A stretch of DNA of 64,000 nucleotides from Trichosphaerium sp. ATCC 40318. Its lineage: Eukaryota > Protista > Tubulinea. Below, in pieces: positions 13,091 through 24,400 of this stretch. The stretch is from NCBI GenBank assembly GCA_038496445.1, contig JALMLS010000642.1, positions 1 through 64,000 of the forward strand, read 5' to 3'. Both the position numbers and the translations under genes were made by a program. Under the pieces are notes generated by a model. The model did not search any database. It had not been told where the DNA came from and was given only the letters and a program-made list of their open reading frames with translations. Position 1 is the stretch's first letter; each line of letters opens with the position of its first letter.

Positions 13091-13536
13091 TTGTTAATAA
13101 ACAACCTTGGCTTTTTTTTTCAAGTTGTTCTCAACTGCCTCTAATTAGTCAATGGTCAACCTTCTCTACTAAAGGATTCCTTGGTGTACACGACGTTTTT
13201 TTGTACTAATAGATATTCTGAATGTTTGAGTCTTTCAGTAATGCGGTGATTTATTGTAAAGTAGGCTTTTACACAAAGCCGTTTGGATTCACGTTGATGT
13301 TATTTCATAGTGTTTTACAAAAAAAAAAACCGTTTCAACATGCAGACCTTAAGAGTTCTCAGCGCCATATGCAACGGTTTAGTTCTACATTATTTCAACC
13401 CCATCTAAGCTACAAAGAATTCTACTATAGTTCAATAGCAATCTTCGAGATGCATAGTGTTTTAAAAACTAGGTTGAAATAATGGAATGTGTCCTTTAAA
13501 TAATGTGTAGCATAGAGCTTAGTTTATGTTATTACA

Positions 13537-14652
13537 ATGTTAACCCGTGGCATATCGAGTTATCAATCCAGAGTCTACACTTCTCCCGTTCAAGTTTTTC
13601 TCGTTCTTCTTTCTTCATTTGTGGTTGCCACCTTTGCTGTACGAGAGCTATTCTAGGTAGAATCTCATCTAAGCTTTTATTAGGGCTCCTGCAGCTGTAG
13701 TACTCAGGGTAACCTGTGTCTACCATCTATTCCAGATAGTTGTGATTCTGATGAGAGGCCAGTGTGTTTCGACAATCCTCAAGGTGCTTATAATTTCTCG
13801 TGTCATTACTGATTGTAATGTTGATAGGTAATCCCTTGAAGCGAAGCCTAGCTAAACGAGCACCTATTTGTGCTTGCGTTTGTGTAAAAATCCCTATTCC
13901 ACCGACTAAAGCTCCAACATCATCGCCAACACCTGATCCACTGTCTACCTCTGACATCTTGATCGTTGATGTTTCTACATCAAATTATAGAGGATACACA
14001 GAAACAGGAACGATGTTCACACGTGAATGCAAACCTGAAAGTAAGTCACATTAAAAACCAGATTGGGTATTGACTTTGATCTTTTACAGCACATGGATTT
14101 TACAAGTTCAGTTCATTCTTTAGCTCTGTAACCAACGATAGGGCGTTCTGGCCTAGAGTTGTTGGAACGAGGACAAATATTAAGTTCATTGATTCTAATC
14201 CAGTATGGCACAATCACGTTGGCATTTTGAGACAAGATTTCACTTTCGAGTGTCCTAGCAATCACTTGATAACTGGTACAATGAGTCTTTGTGAAAACAC
14301 TTGTACTCATTTGTAATAGGCATGCGTTCGTATTTTTATCCAGTTATCTTTGACCGCCGTTATGATTTTCTATGTGCTTCATTAAAGAACAGCGATGGAA
14401 ATGTAGCACCAAGATTCAGATACCTTACTACTTGGTGGACATAATGATTACAGGTAAGACGCCATGTATGTAAACTGCTTGTTAAACTTGCCTTTTTGCT
14501 GTAGAGGATCACACAACACTCTTTGCCACCACGCTAGTACCAGAAGGCATGGCTTCCTTATTGGTGTAAGTAGCGAATACTCTACCATTTATGGCGATCG
14601 ACGTTTCAAAATTAAGTGTGCTCTAATTGAGGATGTTGATGATACTCAATAA
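13537..14652 (+). pseudogene. Secreted dermatopontin-like protein, copy 3; 8-nt deletion gives TAA near end of exon 5
   Basis: Same six-exon layout. Exon 5 reads ...YLTTWWT-TAA-TGA, where copy 4 has aca agt ttt cgt aat gat. The last exon (14505-14652) is still an open frame. Confidence 0.75.
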
Positions 14653-15304
14653 ACGCCAAACCCTTGTACTGCGACTGCAATAAATCGCTTTCCTTAACGC
14701 CCTATCACGTGATAGTACACCGCACGTGTTTTATGAATGAAGATGTGGACCATTTCAAGCGTTTGGTTGGACTGATCGAGACTATCAATATCGAAGGACA
14801 CAATAGGAAACAACAACAACAATTGCGAGCAGCAATCAAAACATCCCCTCACCCTCCCTAAAATCCTTTTTCTTTTTTTTGTAAAAATTATTTCTTTATT
14901 TTTCCTTCAAACACATTTGCAATTCACACGAGTGTTCTTAAATGTAGAATAAATCCGCTCGTGTGGCTACGCTAGAGCCACCAAAGACTGAGCGTCTTTC
15001 CTCCCAAGCGCGTCTCCCTTATATTGACAATGTTGTCCAATCTAATGTGCTAAACATCAGTTGTCACATTAGAAGGCTAAAACTGTATTAAGTTGTTGTG
15101 GCCACTATAAATTGGTAGGGTATAACAAGTACACATCTTTTTTTAGCCTAAAGAATAGAAACGGACAAACATGGCTCATGAAGATACCAAAGCCATAAAC
15201 TTGGTGATTTGAAAATGGAATTGAGGTTGTTAAAAACACTTGCTAGGCCTTGTTAAAGATTACTTCACTTAAAACAAACTAATTGATGTGTTGTTTTGCT
15301 CAGA

Positions 15305-15983
15305 ATGCTCACTAATACCAATGCTGTCTTAAATCTATTAAACCTTCCAGTTGAGATTCAGCTGGTTATTATCGATTTGGACTCATTTGTGTATTTAAAG
15401 TGGCCGCTTATTTCAAAACGCACAGCAATGACCACAAGGTTCGATAGTGAGATGAACAAGCATGGAAAGTGGCATGTAATGCAACAGTACTGGTAAACAT
15501 GGTATACAAGATGGAGAATGCAGGACATACCACGACAATGGCAAATTAATGAAGCTGGGTACTAACGTTGATGATGAACTACATGGAGAATATAAGAAGT
15601 GGTATGACAATGGCTGCTTGAGGGAGCAGTGTACGTACATCAATGGGATTTAGAAGGAGAAGTTCTGAATTGGAGTAAAAACGGCAAATGGAGGACCTGT
15701 TGTGTCAATGGTGCACTAGAAGGAGATTACTTAATATAACAATGGGAAATTGTTGGAGCAGGTTAATTACAGCAATGGTAAGAAAGAAGGAGAGTACAAG
15801 CGATGGTATAGCAATGGCTACTTGAAAGAGACATGTACCTACATCAATGATAAGCGAGAAGGAGAGTACAAGTATTGGTATAAAAACGAGCGTGAGATGG
15901 AGCACTATAATTACATCAATGATGAAAGACAAGGGAATACAAGACAAGTAACGATGACAATGACAAAGTGTAGTATAAATTAG
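15305..15983 (+). pseudogene. Frameshifted F-box-like/MORN-repeat gene
   Basis: NLLNLPVEIQLVIIDLDSFVYLKWPLISKRTAMTTRFD aligns with the 830 ORF. MORN repeats (HGEYKKWYDNGCLREQCTYING, EGEYKRWYSNGYLKETCTYIND) continue across frameshifts near 15495, 15650 and 15935. Confidence 0.85.
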
Positions 15984-16278
15984 AATAATATTTTCATTTT
16001 CTAAGGGACTGTATTGGTTCTGTTGATTGCTTGGGTTATACTAAAATGTCGAAATAAAAGTCGAGCAAATGTCGAAGATATTGAACTGTTCGCCACAAAG
16101 GGAGACAACTGGGTTATGGCGCTCAGTCGCCGCTAGGCTCTGCCCCGCCAAAACCCCCTAAAAGGGCTTAAGTTTGGTCTTATTTTGCTATCTCTAATTC
16201 AGAGTCAGACCGTTGCTGACTTTCGTTGAAAGGTGGAATTGTGTTGTGGTAATTTATAAGACGTCAACTATAACGTTA

Positions 16279-18258
16279 ATGCACTGCAAGCAGGCTATTA
16301 GGCAAATTATTGAATCTTTGACACCTCTTCCATTCGATACAACGCTTGACTTTGATGTAAACCCTATACCAGCTATATTGAACTCCTTAATCGAGATTGC
16401 GCCATTAAACAGCAAAAAGAAGTACATACTGAAGATTGGAAGCCCAGAGTGGACCAAAAGCAAGACTGATAATGAGGGAAGCATATTACACACGTTATTA
16501 CGCGTAACCAATGGTGTAGGTTGCTGTACTGGAATTTTTAAGAGAAAAAGGATGTCAGCTGGTACGGACAGCTTAAATATGTCGCGTTACTAATAAAAAT
16601 TAGGTACCACGCGTCATAGGAAGTTGTACGATTGCTTCAATTTATCCCTTTAGGATTCACGTTTTTACAGGTTCAGACGCGTCAAAATACACTCTGGGCA
16701 CGCCATTACATCTACACTGAGGCTCATGGTTGTTTTTATAGGTAGAGAATGGATCTTAATGGAGCGCATGCCGGTAGGTTTCACTAATGTTAGATGATTA
16801 CTAAAAAGCATTGTAGGGGAAAGTACTGTCCGTAGAGTGGCCGAAAATGGACTTGAACGAAAAAAAAGAGTACCTAACACAACGCAAATAGGTTTTAACA
16901 ATACACTCAAGAGTAGTTCAAAAGTTGGTTGACTTTATGGCTTTTAAACAACAATTCAAGTTCCCTCGCATTGGCAGTTTTTCAAAAGAAACAGCGTACG
17001 TCATTAATCACAAGAAGTATCTTTTTCATGGTTCTTTGTACAAAAATCACGTGCAACAATGTGAACACCAAAGTGTCTCTTTTATTTTCTGAATAATCTT
17101 GCTCTAGGGGTACTTTATCAGTGCGTAACATAGTAGCGCTAGAGTGGTTACCTCAAAAAGAGATAGAGACCGGTAAATCAGTGCCTATCCATGGTCCATT
17201 CGACAGCTTTGGTGCCTATATTGGTAAGCGTAAAACAACAAAAAACTTCACCCCAAAAGCATTTCTAGTTATCTTGTTTATACTGGTCTTTTGGAACTCA
17301 TTGTTTTAGCCGAAAGTATCCTAACTTATTTATAATAGAGGCGTACTTAGAACGTCATGTGCCAATGCTAGAGAGTTCAATAGCTGCTCAAATCCCTCTT
17401 TTAGAGCGATTCCGGGAAGAAGTCATTAGAGGTTCTCTGCAAAGTATAGAAAATAAAGATAGCATTGTACTTGTTCACGGAGATTTAAACGCCTCAGTAC
17501 GTGCTCGGAACTAAGGATTTACAAAACCTCTATTGCGCTCTGTTTTGTTCTTTCTTTTTTTCAACGAAAAAGGTTTTGAGATATCTGACTTTGGTTTAGA
17601 ATATTCTTGTTCAAAGGTCAGATAAAGGAATAAAACTTAATATCGTGGATTGGGAGTTTAGTATTGCGGCGCCAGGAATAGTTGATTTTGCACGTGGGCT
17701 TGAGTTTATCAGAAAATCTGACGTAAACGATTATTTTCGTACATTGGCTCTAAAGGCTGCTATAAACGGAATAAATGATGGATCTCAGCATAATCAACTA
17801 AGAGAAGATATTTGCTTAGTTGAACGGTTAGTAAGGTACAATGATAAGCACACTTTAGAAAGTCCTTAAAACTTTTTTTTGACTTCTTTGAATGGCTATG
17901 AATGCGAAAAAAAATGAGAAAAAATTTACTGCAGCAAGGAAGCACTGGATATTCCCTAAAGTGAAGCTTGTCCTCTGTTGTAGTTAGTTAACTTCAAATT
18001 CTCTTATTGTAGATGGTTTTAGAATATGGTATTTATCGTACGATTTCACACCATCTACAATAAGAGAATCCCATTTGTCACCTTCACAAAAAAAGTGAAA
18101 TACAATTTGTTGGTTTTTATTGAAACCTAACTCTTTATCTTAGCCGGTTGGTCAGCGCTAATATATGGATAAAAGATCCAACTGAACGTCGTGAATTCAA
18201 AGACAGCCTTGTAAAAAAACTAAATTGTACATTAGCACGTTATATACCAGATCCCTGA
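16279..18258 (+). CDS. Aminoglycoside phosphotransferase/choline kinase (APH)-family kinase-like protein, multi-exon
   Basis: KYILKI...NEGSIL, VPRVIG, WILMERMP, catalytic loop VLVHGDLNAS|NILV and IVDWEFS. Probable last exon about 18144-18258 followed by AATAAA. Confidence 0.8.
17998..18069. repeat. Perfect 20-bp inverted repeat with 32-nt spacer (hairpin), in the predicted last intron of the APH gene
   Basis: attctcttattgtagatggt (17998-18017) is the exact reverse complement of accatctacaataagagaat (18050-18069). Confidence 0.9.
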
Positions 18259-18349
18259 AATAAATAAAATGTTACTAAGCTGTTTGTTACAACGCTTCTT
18301 GGTAGAATACTGGCTGGTTTGTTGAAGTCGCAGTACCACTGTTTGGCGT

Positions 18350-18725
18350 TTATTGAGTATTGTTGACATCCTTAATAGCACTGAATTTGAAATAGTGATC
18401 ACCATAGGTGTAGTACTTGCACCAACGAGGAATCCATACCTTGGTACCTGTGTTTGTTAGAAGTACATGCGCTCCTTTGCAAAAGGTCAAGATGAACATG
18501 TTTTTATAAGCAAGCCTTACCTAATCATTACGAAAACTTGTCCAAGTAGTAAGGTATCTGAATCTTGGCGCTACATTTCCATCGCTGTTCTTTAATGAAG
18601 CACATAGAAAATCATAGCGGCGATCAAGGACAGCTGGATAAAAATACAAACGCATACCTAATACAATAATGAGTACACGTGTAGCCATTATTTTACCTAA
18701 GACATTTGTAATTGGCACTCGAAAA
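18350..18725 (-). pseudogene. Dermatopontin-like copy 4: 3' fragment, an inverted partial duplicate of copy 3
   Basis: GMRLYFYPAVLDRRYDFLCASLKNSDGNVAPRFRYLTTW is nearly identical to copy 3 exon 5. Shared 3' end actcaataaacgccaaac. The last exon is decayed and the 5' exons are absent. Confidence 0.85.
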
Positions 18726-18796
18726 ACTACAGGAACTAAGTTCCTATGGTCAAAACCCGTCAATTCTAAATATCACGCTTGGAAAGAGCACCCACA

Positions 18797-21040
18797 ATGG
18801 GAAATGGACAATCTGAAGGAGTTATGGACCAGGAGTATGACATAGTACTCGACATAGATGACATTATGAACGGTAACGGTTTTTTTTCAAGGCATCGTCG
18901 AATCTAAAGCTACTGAAGGTGATAAAGGATGGCCTATATTCGTTTCTGAGCGAATGTTTAAAATACAACAAAAAATATTGGCAGCTACCCAAAAAACGGA
19001 TGAAGAACTTGGCTGATGCCCTCATGGCAAAACTGGACATAAAAAAGCCAACACTTGTACGTTTTATGGGTAGCTGTTTCTAAACAGAAATTAATGACAA
19101 CTTAGGTCGCAATCTTAGGTTTGTTCAACAAGGGCAAGACCTTTTTAACTAATAAACTGGCAAATTCCAATCTTCCTGCTGACAGGAAGGTCAATACGAA
19201 GGGAATCAGTTTTCTTCTCCCATCTAGCGAAGAAGTGGTACATGATATGGTGTTTATGGACACTGCTGGAACAAACTCACCGTTGGAAAACTGCACGTGC
19301 TAATTGTTTTGGTGTTAAATCACGTGACGTTTTTGTAGTTAACGCAGATTCTGAAATGTTGGTTCGAAAAAAGGCAACAGAGATGTTGCTACGGGACCTA
19401 ACATTCTATTTGGCTACATGTATTATTGTGGTTGTAAACGAGCTCACGTGGATGGACCAGCAATACATTGAGTCGCTCTACAGGAATATAAAAGGTAGAG
19501 CGACGACTGTTAGACAATTCTCGAACGAAATCTGATTTTAAGATTCTGATGTTTCTTTTTTGTTCGCCGTGGTTAACTCAACTATAGATGATCCAGAGAA
19601 GCAAAGCGCCAAGATATTTGTTGTCCACAATTTCAATATGACCGAGACTGAAAAAGATTTGTTGGCCATGTGGAGGGTGAGCTCTTTTTTTTTTTAAACT
19701 GTTCTCAAATGGGTTAGGGTGTATTACTAGCGTACAATGGCGAGCCTACATATGCTGTAATTGCTACCGATGAGAAAAACAGAAAGCTACCTTACTTGAC
19801 AACACACGACGCTAGAGTTTACCATACCTTTATTGCAAAAGAAGGAAGTACAGCAGGGAAAAAATGGAACCCGCTCGTGTATTCTTTTTTACGTCAACAA
19901 TTATCTGCGATCAAAGTTGCTGAACGAGGTGGGCTACAAAAGCTACTTGTTGTAGGCACCTTCAAGGCCCTTAGAAAGTACTGTAAAAATGTACGTTAGA
20001 TACTCCCAACATGTATACTAACACGTGTTGCGACAATAGGCTAAAAATGTTAATATGCGCCCACAATTAGAAGCCATGAAAGCAACATACAACAACAGGC
20101 AAATACGATCTTTGGAAGTAAAAGTAGATACAGCCATTAAGAAAAAGCCTGCAAAGTCTATTCCTGACGAAGCTTGGCGCGAAAGACCTCCACCAAGAGC
20201 CGCTTCTGATGACTTGAGAAAGGTAAGAGCATACGACATCACATTGTATTTACACGCTTAAGTGTGCAAGCTTTGTTCTACAAGTTGATGAGCCCTTGGA
20301 ATTGACATCTACTGAAGTCATATTTGATGGCTACAATATCACACTTGCTGAAGGACCGTTCACACCAAAGGTAGTAGTTCATTTACTGCTGTTGAATTGA
20401 TAGGTTTATAGTGCACTGTTGTTCGTGTTAATGAACCCGGAAATAATTCTTGGTCAATTGAAGGAGCTTTTCGACAACAAGTCGTCATTGTTGATCTTCC
20501 TGGTGTATCTGCAAATGCAGATCTAGAAAAAGATTACAAGGATGGAAGAGTACTACGAGGAGGAACAATCTCAGCTACCATAGAGGTACTGCATTCATAG
20601 AATCGTTGCAAAGTTAACTTAAAAGTAGCATGGTCAACGTGGTGCTGTATTGCGCATTGTTGGAGAACGTATTAAATTACTAAGAGGATTGTCAGAAAAA
20701 TCAACAGACAATGAAATAGTTCCTACAAAACCAGTACGAGAAACAACTATTCAAGGAAATACTCACCAGAAACAATCAAGATGAGATGTGATACAAGTCA
20801 ATACAAAGAAGAGCGAAAGGATGGACCTTTTTCAAGAGTGTTTGAAATTGACGGTAACATTTATGGCACGTGAACAGAATGAAACAACACAAGGCTACAA
20901 AGTACTTATGTTCTTACGTAGACTTGAATACTCCTCCTACAATCTTTCAAGCAAATGGTGTTGCTTATGTTTGTGTAAAAGCAAAAGAAAAGTCCAATGA
21001 GGCAGTTACAAAACAAGTAGCGAATGATCCATGGGCCTAA
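18797..21040 (+). CDS. TRAFAC-type P-loop GTPase with C-terminal HSP20/alpha-crystallin-like domain; the 5' part has unresolved frame problems
   Basis: G1 GLFNKGKT, G2 region TKGISF, G3 DTAG, IIVVVNE, FVVHNF. C-terminal VDLPGV...LRIVGER...ERKDGPFSRVFEI...NGVAYV. N-terminus MGNGQS is a myristoylation-type motif. Confidence 0.75.
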
Positions 21041-21456
21041 CTTTGCAAACAAGGTAAGGTTTTTCACTGACTGGCTGCGGTGTACAAGCTTTTAGGCGTC
21101 AATAAACTATTCATACCAAACCTCCACTGACATTGCGTTTCATGAAATGCTATAATTTTGAAAGCAGCTAGGATGCTTGCAAGCAACTTTATTGCTCAAT
21201 ACTTGATATACAAATGTCACACGTGTATTCTTGAGAACAAGAGCATGTTGATTTTACCTCAGAAAATGTTGAGCTGACCAAAATTTTACAAAAAACCACT
21301 ATCCGAGTGTTGCTCACAGCAGTCCTACAAAGAGAAAATTCCTTTGTGACACCAGTTCCTAACTCGGGTTGGGTACTTTAAAGACAATTATCGGGTTAAT
21401 GTGAACTTAAGCATAGATTAAGTTGTATTTTGTAGTAGGTGACAAACAACAACACA

Positions 21457-24400
21457 ATGGCTTATAAACTGAAGCTTACAAGTACGTATTCGATATGTTG
21501 GCATAATTGAGCGCATTTACGCTTCACCAAAAGAGATTTATTATTTTATCTAACGCGCCGTTAATAGTTGAGAAAGCCAAGGATTTGGCTGCTATGGATA
21601 AAGGCGTTTCGTCTGATCCATACGTTAAACTTCACATGAGATCCAAAACAGCAAAGCACCCGTCAATGAAAACAAAAGTAATCAAAAAGACTCTAAACCC
21701 ATCTTGGAAGGAGAAATTTGTATTGTAAGAACTTTCAAGCTTAAAATTTACTGAACTAACAACTAACAGCGAGAAAGTGACAGAAAACGATTCCCTAACC
21801 CTCAAAATGTATGATAAAGATAAAGTAAGTGCACAACGCAAGTCAAAATTAAGTTTAACATTAAAGGTTGGCAAAGATGATCCTATGGGCGACTTGCATA
21901 TCCCTATTAAAGATCTAAGCGATTTATTCGTACAGGTACATAAATAGCGTTTAAATTCTTGTTTTTGTTGTTGGCTGTTGAAAAGAAGGCGTGTATGGCT
22001 TACTCTACGCAAGGGAAATGATAGCAAGTGGTTTACACTTGATAACATTAATACTGGTAAAATATTCATTCATTTCGAATTTGATCCACCGCCAAACTCC
22101 TCAGGTACCTTTTAATATAGTTTTAAACATAAACAGGACCGAAACAATGATTACTGATTCATTTAAAAGCCGCTCAAATACAGAAAAACGTTACAGCACA
22201 AGTGTCAACTTTAAATGCGCATGAACCTTCAAAGGCAGCGTCATTCTTCAAGCGTAAAAAGTCAAAATCTAAAGATGATGTAAAACGTACGTGTATATAC
22301 TCAAAACAAGGCGATTAACACAAACACGCGTTCTCCTTTAATGTGAGAGGCTTCTCAGTATGTTCTGATCGGTTTTCTTTAGAACAGGAACGAGAAGCTG
22401 ATGAGATACAATTTAGCGTCAAAATGTCAAATTTCAGGCTTCGTGATATTCCAGCTATGGATATAAATGGCCTCTCTGATGCCTACATAAAAATAGAATT
22501 TGATAATAAGTCATTCCGCACTGAGACAGTGCCAAAATGTACAAATGCATATTTTCTTTTTTTTTTCTTTGTTCGTTTACCTTATGTTGACTTTTGTAGC
22601 ACTTAACCCTGTTTTCAAGTTCCAAAAATCGTTTACTTACGACTGTAAAATAAAGAACGGACTCTATGCACTTGATTCAAAGGAACTGGAACTCGCAATA
22701 TACGATAAAGATAAGGTAAGATTTTCTTAACAATCAATTAGTTAGTGTCTCGGTTTATGTCTTGCTGACGCTTGTCATAGATGGATAAGGATGATTTGAT
22801 CGGTAAAATAAAGATTCCACTTTCGGTAATCGCTGAGGGAGCACAACATCAAGTACATGATATCTCGGGTATGCTAAAAATAAGAATCAATGCTTATGAC
22901 TCGGCTTATTTTTCTTCAGGTTCAAAGAAAGGAAGATGCTGCTTTGATGTTGAAATGGTAGAAGAAGGGACTGGAGGGAACTTTAAACAAACTTCTAGTG
23001 CAGTACAATTCAACGACGGCAAGAAATAACAGTTTTTCGCTTAAAATCTAACCAAAAAATTTTGGAGCTTCGTTAACATCTTTCTTATCTTTCTCTATTG
23101 TAGACCTATTATTCATGAATAAAACACCAAAACCTGGTTTCAGAAAGACATCTGTTAATCAACAAAATTACATTTATGCAACACCACAACCGTGCGAACA
23201 GTTTTCTTGCTTTTTTCTGGTTTTTGTGGGATTTTTTTTGGGTTTATCAGTACTTTTAATTTATCTGGTTTAGGTTAAATCAATATCTGTCAGATAATAA
23301 CGCACAAGATGCTATTCTCAAAGCGATTACAGAAGCAAAAAAGTACCACAAAACGCCAAGAACCGAGTTTTCTCTTTCTTAATTTTTTAACTTTTAGCGA
23401 CCACAATATCATCTTGGTCTCTTTACAAGCATTATCTAACATTGGTAATTATACAAAGTTATTGCCTTTATTGAAGTATTAATGGTCCCATTTAAATAGG
23501 TGGGAAATTGTCAACAGTTAAACCAATATTACAAGCAATACAAACAAAGTCAAAAGATGCTAAGTTAGTGCAGGTACAGCTTTGGAGCTACAAGCCTGTC
23601 TACTAAAACATTTATGTTACCTTAAGGCTGCTCTCAACGTTATTGCTACTCAAGTACAACACCACTATGCTGACATAATATCTTCAAAAAAGTACGATTC
23701 AAAGTCAACAAGCTTAGAAAAAAAAGCCAACTTTAACTCTTTTTTAGTACTATGGACATTGTGATGGATTCTCTTTCTAAAGGATCCGTTATACCTCAAG
23801 ATATACAATTACAAAACAGTTGCACACAAGTATTTATCGCGCTATGTAGTACTAGTACGTGTTACTGAATACATTACTTCATTGAAAAACCTCTGATTCT
23901 TATTTTTTTCTTTAGATGGTGCAGGAGGTCGTTTGAGTGAGTATGATGTAAGTAATTACTTTGAACCTTTTGAATTACTTTGTATAAAATACTTATATTG
24001 ATTATAGCCGGTGAGAGTTTGCTTTGACTTACTGATGCAGAGTGGTGATCCAGAATCAGCTTGTGCTATATTATATTCAATAACAAACTTGATTGAGGTG
24101 TGTACTTGCCACATACCTTTTCTTTCTTGCCAGTTTACTACTCTAGTAGTACTTGAAGGTTTTCTTATTATGTTTAGGACAAAAAATGTTTTAAAACTTG
24201 GATGTACGACTTACAACAAACTTTGTAAACATGAACAACTTCCTTAACATAATTTAGAGATATGAAGGCCGATAATGCAATATCTCAATTTGTGAAGCAG
24301 AGAATGGGTAACAATCAAGTAATATCAGCATATTCCAGAGCTCTTTCACGGCTTTCAAGTGGTACATTAATATCTATTCGTTTTCCTCTATTTTTCTTAC

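Noticed and set aside
10940-14460. Stop-codon reassignment as the reason for in-frame stops in paralogs
   Set aside because: The stops come with frameshifting deletions, and TAA, TAG and TGA all terminate conserved genes in this window.
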